Shown: positions 29,758 through 39,866, counted from the first letter of the stretch. The stretch: 64,000 bases of DNA from an uncultured Candidatus Saccharibacteria bacterium (GCA_964615725.1 CAZTPW010000001.1:18700-82699); one strand, 5' to 3'. Made by a program: numbers and translations. Notes: generated by a model from the letters alone, not told the origin.

Positions 29758-30738
29758 TCAGTTCCACAAAAACTCTTGGATCTTTCCACTAAAAAGTCCT
29801 TCTGCGATTTTTTCTCGGTGTTTTAATGCGGGTATAACCTCAAATTTTGTAATAGTTTTGGCATTGATTTCTAAATCAGTGCTTGTTGTCATGGAATAAA
29901 GCTCGGCAGAAAAACCATTATCCAATTGCGACTTACTTATTGGGTAATATGAATTATATCCAGCAAGCATACACTTCATATTGTCCAAAGCTTGTTCCCA
30001 GGTAAGATTCTGTGCGAAGCACGAAGCAATAAGTGAATGGGCTAGCTCAGATGAGCGTGAACCATATCCGGTTTTTTCCCAATCACAAATTCCGACAATT
30101 TTATCCCCATCTTCTGAAAAAAGAACGTTTCCTAGATGAAAATCGCCATGGACAATAGTATCGACATCATGGAGACTTCCCTGCTCCAAAACTTCCAATC
30201 GCTTGATTTTTTGATGAATGGATTGCACTAAATATTCACCATGGTCTTGTGGAAGATCGTGTTGGGTTTGATTTTCTAAGATTTGCTTAGCATGCAAAAG
30301 TTCTTCCTTATCTTTTTCCTTTGTTATAACTTTTTTTCTTACAAATGGATACTTCGTAATGTATTCCTCGCCAAACCAATGAATTTCAGCAAGCAGCATA
30401 CCGCATGTATAATAGTGTTTTTTCTCAAGAATTTGAGGCTTTTTATTTTGCAAAAATGGATAGACCACATAGATTGCATTTTCAAGCAAATACCAAGGAG
30501 AATTTCTTATAGCGAGAGGTAATGGTAGTGGTATGCCCTTACCAAATAAAAACTTCTCAATTTCATACACAAAACCTAACCGATCGTTATCCTTACCAAT
30601 AAACTGCTTAATGAAAAAATTCCCTCGTGTTGTTTGAATTCTATATTTCTCATGGAGCGCACCGTCGACGCCTGTGTACCAACGAACAATATCGCCAAGG
30701 TGGAACGCCTTCGCTATTTCAATAAGCCTTCTATCCAT
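29758..30738 (-). CDS. phosphotransferase (APH/choline kinase/homoserine kinase type II fold)
   Basis: HGDFHLGNVLF Brenner motif and DWE. Confidence 0.88.
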   Translation of the reverse strand: MDRRLIEIAKAFHLGDIVRWYTGVDGALHEKYRIQTTRGNFFIKQFIGKDNDRLGFVYEIEKFLFGKGIPLPLPLAIRNSPWYLLENAIYVVYPFLQNKKPQILEKKHYYTCGMLLAEIHWFGEEYITKYPFVRKKVITKEKDKEELLHAKQILENQTQHDLPQDHGEYLVQSIHQKIKRLEVLEQGSLHDVDTIVHGDFHLGNVLFSEDGDKIVGICDWEKTGYGSRSSELAHSLIASCFAQNLTWEQALDNMKCMLAGYNSYYPISKSQLDNGFSAELYSMTTSTDLEINAKTITKFEVIPALKHREKIAEGLFSGKIQEFLWN

Positions 30739-30747
30739 TATTAGAGT

Positions 30748-31356
30748 TTAAAAAGTTGGCTGTACGAGGAATCTCCACGATGCCGCACCACTTGTATTGA
30801 ATGTTAGAGTGTAGTTTTCAACGACTCCTCCACCACCTTCAATTTCTATAGGAGCATTTTTACAATACTCAATATTTTGAACATCTGCAGATGTTGAGCA
30901 AAACTTCTCAGTAGTATAAAGTTGACTAACTTTATAATCGTGTCCATTACTTAGATAGAGAAAACATCCGGAACCATACCCGCCTGCTTGATATGGATTT
31001 TGTCCTTGACCAGGCAACTCACTGATATAGCTTGAAAGCCCTGTAATCCAAGGTGTGTTGGCATTGGTGCTTGCATACCCTGCGCCTATACTTGAGAGGC
31101 TACAATTTGTAAAAGCGGTTTGAGGGGTTGGGTTAACTGCATCAGTAACAGGATATGATCCATTCTGATTGTAATAAAGCTCTAGTGCATTTGTGATTGA
31201 CCTAAGATCAGCTACCTTACGAGTATCACGTGCTTTTGCTTGAGCATTTCTCAAGTTTGTAAGTACAATTGATGAAAGTATACCGATAATTGATATTACA
31301 ACGAGAAGTTCAATGAGTGTAAAACCTTCGATTTTATTATTTTCAGACTTTTTCAT
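30748..31356 (-). CDS. type IV pilin / GspG-like prepilin
   Basis: Class III signal G|FTLIELLVVISIIGIL, ARD...DL..I..ALELYY. Confidence 0.93.
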   Translation of the reverse strand: MKKSENNKIEGFTLIELLVVISIIGILSSIVLTNLRNAQAKARDTRKVADLRSITNALELYYNQNGSYPVTDAVNPTPQTAFTNCSLSSIGAGYASTNANTPWITGLSSYISELPGQGQNPYQAGGYGSGCFLYLSNGHDYKVSQLYTTEKFCSTSADVQNIEYCKNAPIEIEGGGGVVENYTLTFNTSGAASWRFLVQPTF

Positions 31357-31369
31357 TCTTTTATAAAAA

Positions 31370-31606
31370 TTATTTAACCCTTGTTACTTGATTACTTATT
31401 CTTGGAATTCTTTCAGGGGTTTTGAGGGTGTTATAGAGATAGTAAATTGCCAAGGCACCGAGGATAACTATTATTATTACGAGCAAACTATTGGCAGTTT
31501 TTTCGTCTGTTTTGAAAAGCCTCATTGTTATACCCAAAATACCACCTCGTTTTGTTTGTGGAGACATTACTACCGGTTGTGTGTCTTCATTAAATTCGAT
31601 TGCCAT
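31370..31606 (-). CDS. small single-TM hypothetical protein
   Basis: 78 aa, one hydrophobic helix, directly upstream of the pilin. Confidence 0.7.
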   Translation of the reverse strand: MAIEFNEDTQPVVMSPQTKRGGILGITMRLFKTDEKTANSLLVIIIVILGALAIYYLYNTLKTPERIPRISNQVTRVK

Positions 31607-31668
31607 GGGAAATAAGAAATACTATGAATAACGAGTTAATACTATCATATACAGCAAGGACTCTATAC

Positions 31669-32334
31669 TCACTCTGTGTACAACTTTAGGAAGCTTTTTC
31701 GGTGGAGTTTTGTGATTCCATACTTCCTAAGCGCCGCATAATGACGACGAGTGCCATATCCTTTATGAATATCAAAGCCAAAACCGGAACAATTTTTAGC
31801 TTGGAGTGACATGTATCGATCTCGAGTCACCTTTGCTGCAATTGAAGCAAGAGCAATGACGATTTCCCTCTCATCTCCCTTGATAATAGTTTCCTGGAAT
31901 GGGAAGTGCGCGGGCGCTTTCAATCCCCCATCGAGCTTAATCCTGGCAGTTTTAGGGGTGATTTTAGTATTGCTTTCCAGCATGTCATCGAGGCAGTCGT
32001 TGAGCGCTTTTTTAATAGCCCACGATATACCATTTTTATCAATAAGGTTTGCTGAGACTGATTTTGTGCAGAAAAAGATGTGTCCATCACGTTGGGCATC
32101 CACCATCACTTGAAACCACTTCTCTCTTTGCGCTTCGGAGAGCTGTTTTGATTCTTTCACCCCTCGAAACATACGAGACTTGATAATGGCTTGATGGTTG
32201 AGAAAAAGACAAAGGCCGAGCGTTACCGGTCCTGCGATGGGTCCGCGTCCAACCTCATCAATACCCACGAGGAAAGTAGCCTTTCTGGAATTTTGTGATC
32301 TAGTTTTCTGTTTTTTTCCTGTTCCTCGCCTCAT
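31669..32334 (-). CDS. rnhB: ribonuclease HII
   Basis: GIDEVGRGPIAGPV, KGD, ASIAAKVTRD, KGYGT. Confidence 0.96.
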   Translation of the reverse strand: MRRGTGKKQKTRSQNSRKATFLVGIDEVGRGPIAGPVTLGLCLFLNHQAIIKSRMFRGVKESKQLSEAQREKWFQVMVDAQRDGHIFFCTKSVSANLIDKNGISWAIKKALNDCLDDMLESNTKITPKTARIKLDGGLKAPAHFPFQETIIKGDEREIVIALASIAAKVTRDRYMSLQAKNCSGFGFDIHKGYGTRRHYAALRKYGITKLHRKSFLKLYTE

Positions 32335-32340
32335 GCGATA

Positions 32341-32352
32341 TAGTATATACTA
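32341..32352. promoter_or_regulatory. palindromic bidirectional -10 element
   Basis: TAGTATATACTA is its own reverse complement and gives TATACT on both strands between divergent rnhB and dnaE. Confidence 0.7.
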
Positions 32353-32361
32353 ACAACACCT

Positions 32362-35300
32362 ATGGCACCGAAATTTGTCCATCTTCACACGCATAGCCAT
32401 TACTCTCTCTTGAATGCTTTGCCAAAAATCGATGAGCTTGTCGATCTCGCAAAAGCACAAGGCATGCCTGCGCTTGCCCTCACTGATGCGGGCAACATGT
32501 ATGGCACCATCGAATTTTACAAAACTTGTAAAAAAGCTGGGATTAAGCCAATTGTGGGAGTTGATTTCTATGTTGCTGCTCGAACTCGAAAAGATATGCA
32601 GCCTGGTGTTGATAGTCGCCGTACTCGCCTCGTGCTTTTGGCGAAAAATCATGATGGCTATAAAAATCTCATTCAACTCGTGACTCGCTCTCACATGGAG
32701 GGTTTTTACTACAAACCTCGAATTGATCAGGAACTCATTGAGAAATATAACGAGCATCTTGTGTGCATTATTCCCGCCTTTTCAAGTGATGTGACACAGG
32801 CAATGAAAATGAAGGATCTTGTGAAAGCGCAGGAGCGCATTGCGTTTTACAAAAAAGTCTACGGAGATGGAAATGTTTTTATAGAGATCGCTCGGCACCC
32901 AGAAATCGAAGGGCATGACGCAACCATGAATCAGCTTATCAAATTGGCTACCGAAACAAATACGCCAATTGTTGCGGCGCACGATGTCTATTACCTTAAA
33001 ACCGAGGATCGGGTCGCTCGCGACACCCTCCAACTCGTAAACACCCACGGCGACGCGAGCGACCGCAACCAAGACGCTGATGATGAAGATTTTTCTTTCA
33101 TAAGCCAAGAACGTGCAGAAGAGCTTTTTCATGATATCCCTGAGGCTCTTGCCAACACTCTCAAGATTGCTGACATGTGCAACTTCGAAATCACCCTTGG
33201 TAAATGGATTTTTCCCCACTATGTTGTTGAGAGCGGTCTTTCCTTTGACGATGAGCTCAAACGAATTGCCTATGCTGGGATTCCTAAACGCGGCCTCACT
33301 GAAACTCCCGACGTGATTGAACGCCTTGAATACGAACTTCAGGTTATTAAAGATAAGGGCTACGCTCAGTACTTCCTCGTGGTGTCTGACCTCCTTAAAT
33401 ACGCCCACGAACACGGCATCCTCACCAACATTCGAGGTTCCGTTGCAGGATCACTCACGACCTACGTGACAGGTATTACCAATGTAAATCCCCTCGAATA
33501 CAAACTTCCTTTCGAGCGATTCTTGAACCCTCAGCGCCCCTCAGCTCCCGACGTGGACATGGACTTTGCCGATAATCGTCGTGATGAAGTGATTGATTAT
33601 GCACGAAAAAAATATGGTCACGACAAAGTGGCGCAGATCGGTACCTTCGGTACGATGATGGCGCGCGGTGCTGTGCGTGATGTCGCCCGAGCAATGGGCT
33701 TTGCCTATGATGTTGGTGATCGAATTTCAAAACTCATCCCTATGGGTGCGCAAGGCTTCCCTATGACAATCGATCGAGCCCTTGAGGAAGTTGAGGAGCT
33801 TCGCACGATGTATCAAAAAGAGCCCGACACGAAACGCATCATCGATATGGCAAAAAAGATTGAAGGGTGTGCCCGCCACATTTCCGTGCACGCAGCCGGT
33901 GTGGTGATGTCACCTCAGCCTCTCATTGAGCTTGTGCCCCTCCAGTACGACACCAAAGGCGAGCAAAAAATTATTACTCAGTACGATATGCATGCGGTCG
34001 GAGAAGACGGAGTGGGTCTTTTAAAATTCGACTTCCTTGGAATTAAAAACCTTTCGATTCTCGCCGACGCTGTCGATCGAGTGAAAAAAATTGAAGGTAT
34101 TACGGTTGATATTGAAACCATTCCTCTCGATGATAAAAAGACCTTTGAGATGCTTGCTCGCGGTGAGACGATTGGTCTCTTCCAATTGAACGGTACTGGT
34201 ATGACGCGCTTCCTTGTTGATCTTAAACCTTCAACAATTCACGACATCAACGCGATGGTCGCCCTCTATCGACCAGGACCTCTCGAATCCATTCCTGAAT
34301 ACATCGAGCGAAAACACGATTCGAGCAAGATCAAATACCTTGATCCACGCATGAAGTCGATCCTGGAGCGATCCTACGGTGTGATCACCTATCAGGATGA
34401 CGTCATGATGATTGCGATTGAGCTTGGTGGATATTCATGGCTTGAGGCAGACAAGTTGCGAAAAGCAATGGGTAAAAAAATTCCAAAGGAAATGGAAGAG
34501 CAAAAAGGAAAACTTTTTGCTGGTCTCGTGAAAAACGGCATGTCAGAAGCGAAGGCGAAGCAGCTTTGGGCGTTGATTGAACCTTTCGCAGCGTACGGAT
34601 TCAACAAAGCTCATGCTGCAAGCTACGGGCGCGTTGCATACCAGACCTCATACATGAAGGCCAACTTCCCCGCAATTTATATGTCTTCGGTCCTCACCGC
34701 TGACTCTGGTGATGTCGAAAAGATCGCCGAAATCATTACTGAGTGTAAGCGTATGCAAATTCCGATTCTTCCTCCGGATATTAATGAAAGTTTCAGCCAA
34801 TTCACGGTGATCAAGGGTAAAAAGGGTGAACAAGGTCAGCCTGATGAGCCAGATCGAATTCGTTTTGGATTGGTGACGATTAAAAACTTCGGCCAAGGTG
34901 CCGCAACAGCAATTATTGAAGAGCGAAAGCGCGGTGGTCATTTCAAGTCACTCATCGATTTTGTGAGTCGAGTAAAAGACAAGAATATGAACAAGAAGTC
35001 GCTTGAAGCGCTTATAAAAGCAGGCGCTCTCGACAGTTTGGGAATTTCACGCGAAACACTCCTTGGAAATATCGAAACCATTCTCGCCCACAACAAAGAA
35101 AGCGAGCGCCTGCCAGCCAATCAAGATTCCCTATTTGGCCTCATGTCTGACACCTCAACACTTCCCACCCTGAAACTCATTGAGATGCCACCAATCAACC
35201 CACTCGAAAAACTTGCGTGGGAAAAAGAACTCCTCGGCCTCTACATTTCAGGCCACCCCCTCGACAAATATCGCTCGATCATTGAAAAGCAGGGTTCAGG

Positions 35301-35580
35301 AATTGCAATCGTAAAAGAAACAGTAAAGGAAGGGTCACCAGTTTTGATTGCGGGTGTGATTGAAGAAGCAAAGCAAATTGCTACCAAGAAAGGTGATATG
35401 ATGATGTTCCTCAAGATTGCCGATTTCTCAAGCTCAATCGAGGCGGTTGTCTTTCCTCGTACCTATCTCGAATTCAAATCAGTCCTTGTACCTGACAAAT
35501 GTCTTGCGATTCGTGGAAAAATCTCTGAGCGCAACGGCCAAAAAAGCATCGTTGTCGATAAAGTAAAAGTTTTGACTTAG
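32362..35580 (+). CDS. dnaE: DNA polymerase III alpha subunit
   Basis: PHP HLHTHSHYS, PDVDMDF, KFDFLG, YGFNKAHA. Confidence 0.98.
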   Translation: MAPKFVHLHTHSHYSLLNALPKIDELVDLAKAQGMPALALTDAGNMYGTIEFYKTCKKAGIKPIVGVDFYVAARTRKDMQPGVDSRRTRLVLLAKNHDGYKNLIQLVTRSHMEGFYYKPRIDQELIEKYNEHLVCIIPAFSSDVTQAMKMKDLVKAQERIAFYKKVYGDGNVFIEIARHPEIEGHDATMNQLIKLATETNTPIVAAHDVYYLKTEDRVARDTLQLVNTHGDASDRNQDADDEDFSFISQERAEELFHDIPEALANTLKIADMCNFEITLGKWIFPHYVVESGLSFDDELKRIAYAGIPKRGLTETPDVIERLEYELQVIKDKGYAQYFLVVSDLLKYAHEHGILTNIRGSVAGSLTTYVTGITNVNPLEYKLPFERFLNPQRPSAPDVDMDFADNRRDEVIDYARKKYGHDKVAQIGTFGTMMARGAVRDVARAMGFAYDVGDRISKLIPMGAQGFPMTIDRALEEVEELRTMYQKEPDTKRIIDMAKKIEGCARHISVHAAGVVMSPQPLIELVPLQYDTKGEQKIITQYDMHAVGEDGVGLLKFDFLGIKNLSILADAVDRVKKIEGITVDIETIPLDDKKTFEMLARGETIGLFQLNGTGMTRFLVDLKPSTIHDINAMVALYRPGPLESIPEYIERKHDSSKIKYLDPRMKSILERSYGVITYQDDVMMIAIELGGYSWLEADKLRKAMGKKIPKEMEEQKGKLFAGLVKNGMSEAKAKQLWALIEPFAAYGFNKAHAASYGRVAYQTSYMKANFPAIYMSSVLTADSGDVEKIAEIITECKRMQIPILPPDINESFSQFTVIKGKKGEQGQPDEPDRIRFGLVTIKNFGQGAATAIIEERKRGGHFKSLIDFVSRVKDKNMNKKSLEALIKAGALDSLGISRETLLGNIETILAHNKESERLPANQDSLFGLMSDTSTLPTLKLIEMPPINPLEKLAWEKELLGLYISGHPLDKYRSIIEKQGSGIAIVKETVKEGSPVLIAGVIEEAKQIATKKGDMMMFLKIADFSSSIEAVVFPRTYLEFKSVLVPDKCLAIRGKISERNGQKSIVVDKVKVLT

Positions 35581-35637
35581 GGTTAGTTCTGTTGTATTCT
35601 CGGGTAAATTTGTTCGGGCAATCACGCCCCTTTACAA
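35572..35637 (+). promoter_or_regulatory. sigma70 promoter followed by boxA-like element
   Basis: TTGACT (35572-35577)-17-TATTCT (35595-35600); GCCCCTTTACAA (35626-35637). Confidence 0.5.
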
Positions 35638-35654
35638 CCCAATGCACAAAGTCT

Positions 35655-36479
35655 ATGAGCTCTATTACTCAGTCTTCCTTGTCGAAAGGTGTCTTCTCAC
35701 GCCTTAACTATCAGGAAATTATTATTGTCATCGTAACCACCGTGGTAACGACGGTATTATTCACACACGGCAACCCATCGCTTGCATTTAAATTCAAGAT
35801 GGCAATCTTGTTCCTGCCCTTCTGCTTGTTTTTTCAGCACATTATGGCATCATCTCACTTGAGAAAAAATCCTCACGTGTGGTTTATGTCGGTTGCTGTT
35901 TTTTCTTTTTTTCAAGTGAACAATGCACTTGGGCTTGCAGCAATTTGGGATAAACCTGAAATCCTGACAAAACACCCAGAATACTGGAAGCCTATGGTAA
36001 CTTCACTGCTCGTGTACCTCGCGATGATCATCTTCTATTTCACCGTTGCCACACGGTTCGTTATGGAAAAAGATCGAGCCATACTACTCAACGATGCCCT
36101 AATCACCTCTGGAGAACATTTTCGTTTCTGGTCGTTTTTTGATTCGAGGGTTACCAGACTCTATCACACGATCGAATTAACCCTGGCAATCCCAAGTGAC
36201 CCACTACTCAAAACAACCTGGATTTGGATTCCACTGAAGATCACAATCGACTGGTCGACTGGCAAACACCTTGTTTGGGAAATCAAAAACGGGAGTTTGT
36301 GGAAGGATATTGAACAAAAGGTTGGCGACGAACTCAGGGCACGGACGAAGGCGGGTGAAACCGTACCAGAATATGCCAGCAAAGTTTCAGACGTCCGATG
36401 TGGAACCGATGTAAAAAGTCTTGAGATCGAATACATCACTGGTACTGCAACAATTCACAGTAAACCACCTATCAAATAA
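35655..36479 (+). CDS. hypothetical membrane protein (stand-alone orphan)
   Basis: About 4 N-terminal TM helices; ATG 35655 lies downstream of the predicted promoter. Confidence 0.65.
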   Translation: MSSITQSSLSKGVFSRLNYQEIIIVIVTTVVTTVLFTHGNPSLAFKFKMAILFLPFCLFFQHIMASSHLRKNPHVWFMSVAVFSFFQVNNALGLAAIWDKPEILTKHPEYWKPMVTSLLVYLAMIIFYFTVATRFVMEKDRAILLNDALITSGEHFRFWSFFDSRVTRLYHTIELTLAIPSDPLLKTTWIWIPLKITIDWSTGKHLVWEIKNGSLWKDIEQKVGDELRARTKAGETVPEYASKVSDVRCGTDVKSLEIEYITGTATIHSKPPIK

Positions 36480-36498
36480 TCGACGGGTGGCACCATGC

Positions 36499-36529
36499 AG
36501 CGGCGCCCATGCTTCGGCGCCGCTTTTTT
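36499..36529 (+). terminator. intrinsic terminator
   Basis: GCGGCGCC-catgcttc-GGCGCCGC-TTTTTT. Confidence 0.85.
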
Positions 36530-36592
36530 ATTCCATAATTTCATCACAAAAACACCATTTATTTCTCCTGAAGAAATGCTATACTACTCCCC

Positions 36593-38401
36593 ATGAAACA
36601 CGAGCACGATCATTCGCATGACCATGGCGCAGAATTACCCCTTATTCGTCATACCCTAGCCCACTTACTCGCAGCGGCGGTAAACTCACTCTATCCAGGC
36701 ACCAAAAACACCATCGGACCAGCAATTGACGATGGTTTCTACTACGATTTTGATTTTAAAGATGTAAAAAACCCTCCTTCAGATAAAGATTTCCCAGCAA
36801 TTGAGAAAAAAATGAAAGAACTCATCAAGACATGGGATTCTTTCTCACATAAAGAACTCTCAGAAAGTGACGCACGCAAACATTTTGCTGACAACTCCTA
36901 CAAGCTCGAACTCATCGATGAAATCGTGAAGAAAGGTGAGAAAATCACTGTTTATACTTCAGGAGAATTTACTGACCTCTGTCGTGGCGGCCACGTTGAA
37001 AACCCAAAGAAAGATATTGACCTCTCGGGTATGAAACTCTCTCGTGTCGCAGGTGCCTATTGGCGTGGCGATGAAAAAAATACCATGCTCACCCGTATCT
37101 ACGGTCTCGCTTTTGCAAGTAAAGCTGACCTCGACGCGTACGAGACGATGCAAGAAGAAGCAAAGAAACGTGATCACCGAAAACTCGGTAAAGATCTCGA
37201 GCTTTTCGTATTTTCTGACACGGTTGGAAAAGGTCTTCCGCTTTGGACAGAAAAAGGCGCCACAATTCGACGTGAACTTGAGCGCTTCATCGTCGACGAA
37301 GAAATTCGCCGAAACTACAAACACGTATATACTCCGGACATCGCCAAGATCGATCTCTATAAAAAATCTGGTCACTATCCATACTACAAGGATTCAATGT
37401 ACGCACCGATCAAGATCGACGAAGACGAATTCATGCTTCGGCCAATGACGTGCCCTCACCACTTCGAGCTTTACTTGAGCAAGCCTCGTACCTATCGCGA
37501 ACTTCCTATGCGAATTGCAGAACTCGCAAAGCTTTACCGTTATGAGCAATCAGGTGAACTCTCAGGACTCGTGCGTGTACGGAGCTTTTGCCTCGCTGAT
37601 GCTCACATCATCTGTAAAGACGCTGATCAGGCAAAGGAAGAAGTAAATCAGGCACTCGACCTCATCGAACACCTTGCAAAGGTATTTGGCCTTGAAATGG
37701 GTAAAGACTATTGGTATCGCCTTTCACTGGGTGATCGTGGTGATTCAAGTAAATATTACAAGGATGACAATGCTTGGAATGAGGCTGAGCAAAAACTCCG
37801 TGAGGTTCTTCAGGGTAGAAAGTGTCGTTTTGTTGAAGCAGAAAAAGAAGCCGCTTTTTATGGACCAAAGATTGATATTCAAATGAAAGACGTTCGAGGA
37901 AAAGACAATACCGCTTTCACGGTGCAGTACGACTTCGTCATGCCAAAGCGATTCAATCTCACCTACATTGATACCGACGGAAAAGAAAAGGAGGCACTCG
38001 TTGTTCACCGATCTTCGATTGGAGCAATCGAACGTGTCATGGCTTTCCTCATTGAACACTTTGCGGGCAAATTCCCTCTCTGGCTTGCTCCTACTCAGGT
38101 ACGAGTCATTCCTGTAGGTGATGCTCACCATGAGGCGGTGAGTGAGGTAGTTGCAAAACTCCGCAATGCAAATATCCGCGCAGAAGCTGATTTTGGAAAA
38201 GATGGTTTCGGAAAGAAAATTCGAAATGCAAAAAATGAACTCATCCCTTACTTCATCATTATTGGAGACAAAGACATGGAAGCAAAGAAGGTTACCCTTG
38301 AAAGCCGAGATGCTGGTGCACTAGGTCAGATGACCGTTGAAGAAGCACTCTCAAAACTCTCTACCGAGATCGCAACACGCGCACTCCCATCGCAAAAATA
38401 G
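36593..38401 (+). CDS. thrS: threonine--tRNA ligase
   Basis: RHTLAH, DLCRGGH, RDHRKLG, FYGPKID. Confidence 0.98.
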   Translation: MKHEHDHSHDHGAELPLIRHTLAHLLAAAVNSLYPGTKNTIGPAIDDGFYYDFDFKDVKNPPSDKDFPAIEKKMKELIKTWDSFSHKELSESDARKHFADNSYKLELIDEIVKKGEKITVYTSGEFTDLCRGGHVENPKKDIDLSGMKLSRVAGAYWRGDEKNTMLTRIYGLAFASKADLDAYETMQEEAKKRDHRKLGKDLELFVFSDTVGKGLPLWTEKGATIRRELERFIVDEEIRRNYKHVYTPDIAKIDLYKKSGHYPYYKDSMYAPIKIDEDEFMLRPMTCPHHFELYLSKPRTYRELPMRIAELAKLYRYEQSGELSGLVRVRSFCLADAHIICKDADQAKEEVNQALDLIEHLAKVFGLEMGKDYWYRLSLGDRGDSSKYYKDDNAWNEAEQKLREVLQGRKCRFVEAEKEAAFYGPKIDIQMKDVRGKDNTAFTVQYDFVMPKRFNLTYIDTDGKEKEALVVHRSSIGAIERVMAFLIEHFAGKFPLWLAPTQVRVIPVGDAHHEAVSEVVAKLRNANIRAEADFGKDGFGKKIRNAKNELIPYFIIIGDKDMEAKKVTLESRDAGALGQMTVEEALSKLSTEIATRALPSQK

Positions 38402-39866
38402 AAGCGAGAACCATCACACCAACAAAGTAGTAGATGTTGGCGAAATAATCATCGTCGCCCGTCGCAGGAACCTGGCTCAAATAGACATACGCAGACGCGA
38501 GTCCTTGAGCTGGGATTTTTGTATTGCCCAAAAGCCCTACGTTTGGCTGGTTGATTCCACCACCACCCCCGCCACCACCGCCTGGAGGTACGATTGTTGC
38601 TGCACAGCTTCGTGTTACTGACTGAGCCCCTGATGTAATAATCACTGATGCATTTACAGATCCAGGAGAATAATATGCATGATTTACGCTTTGTGACGAG
38701 CCATTGAGACTATCTGATCCAGACCACGCATAGGTATAGGTACCATTTCCTCCTGATGGATTTGCTGTCCATGTGAGCACATCCCCTACGCGTACTCCTG
38801 ACGCCGAAGCGGAACACGTACCATCGAGTGTGGTAACAACAACCTCATTGATGGTAAGCGCCGAACAAGTCTTCGTAACGCTATCGGCTCCTGATTGAAC
38901 ATGAACTGTTGCAGACTTTGCCCCCGTAGTTGTGTAGATTTTTGATGTTGAGGTAGCAGATCCTGCAAGACCATCGGTACCGGACCATGAGAATGTATAG
39001 GCACCGGTGCCTCCAGACACAGCAGCATTCCACGTTACATTTTGACCTTTATTGGCAGGATTTGGGATTGCTGAACACGATACCGTGAGCACACCAGGTG
39101 TAGGTGGGCAGCCTGTAGTTTTGAACGATTGAATATCGCCAGCCTTTGATTTGTTGGTAGGCCACTTGTAGACCATTCGATAATGATAGGTAGTACAGAG
39201 TGAAAGCTGTGGAAGAGTGAATGTTGGCGAGGTCACCGTAGTGATTGCAACTTCAGGAGTTTTGTTGGTGAGTTTTCCTGTTGTTGTTCCCCATTCAAAG
39301 AAGCCCGTGCCATTCGTGATACCTTTTGGGTTGATAAAACCATTGAGGGTCGCGCCAGTATCTGAAATATTGGTAGCGTCATCGGTGCGAACGATTGGGG
39401 TAAAGGGGAAATAGCAGCTTTTGATTGAGCCATTCTCTCGAAAGAAAACATTTTTTGCGACAAGTCGGAAGTAATAGGTCTTTCCTTCTTCAATGTCGCC
39501 ATCAGAGACTTTAAGGTCTTTCTCGACGGTAACTGTCATAGGAATATATGACTTTGAAGTTTCCCGTCCAAGTGCGACGGTCGTGCCCCACTGAAACCAT
39601 GCGTGAGTATCAGTCACACCTTTTGGATTTACATATCCGCGCAAAGTAATTTTTCCAGCATCAACATCACAATCATACGTATGAACAACCGGGTCTTGTG
39701 GAAGGTGTGTAAAGTCATCATCGATATGCGGAAGTCGAGGTGTAATATCATCAAAGATACTTGCTCGCGCCTTCTGGGTAGTAAAAGCGAATACTGAAAT
39801 AAGTACGATGAAGGCCAGCGCGATAAGCAAACTTTTTTTGAATTGTGACAGTGTGGTTGATTTCAT
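38361..39866 (-). CDS. secreted repeat protein with LPxTG-like sorting signal (putative sortase substrate)
   Basis: Signal peptide, two NPKG..F.WGTT Ig/FnIII-like repeats, two PKD-like SGG.G.YT..WSG.D repeats, Gly run, C-terminal VPATG-TM-RVLRSR. Confidence 0.8.
   Translation of the reverse strand: MKSTTLSQFKKSLLIALAFIVLISVFAFTTQKARASIFDDITPRLPHIDDDFTHLPQDPVVHTYDCDVDAGKITLRGYVNPKGVTDTHAWFQWGTTVALGRETSKSYIPMTVTVEKDLKVSDGDIEEGKTYYFRLVAKNVFFRENGSIKSCYFPFTPIVRTDDATNISDTGATLNGFINPKGITNGTGFFEWGTTTGKLTNKTPEVAITTVTSPTFTLPQLSLCTTYHYRMVYKWPTNKSKAGDIQSFKTTGCPPTPGVLTVSCSAIPNPANKGQNVTWNAAVSGGTGAYTFSWSGTDGLAGSATSTSKIYTTTGAKSATVHVQSGADSVTKTCSALTINEVVVTTLDGTCSASASGVRVGDVLTWTANPSGGNGTYTYAWSGSDSLNGSSQSVNHAYYSPGSVNASVIITSGAQSVTRSCAATIVPPGGGGGGGGGINQPNVGLLGNTKIPAQGLASAYVYLSQVPATGDDDYFANIYYFVGVMVLASIFAMGVRVLRSR

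Noticed and set aside
38557-38582. GGN-rich run as a possible contingency repeat
   Set aside because: Mixed Gly codons encode a poly-Gly linker; it is not a pure slippage tract.
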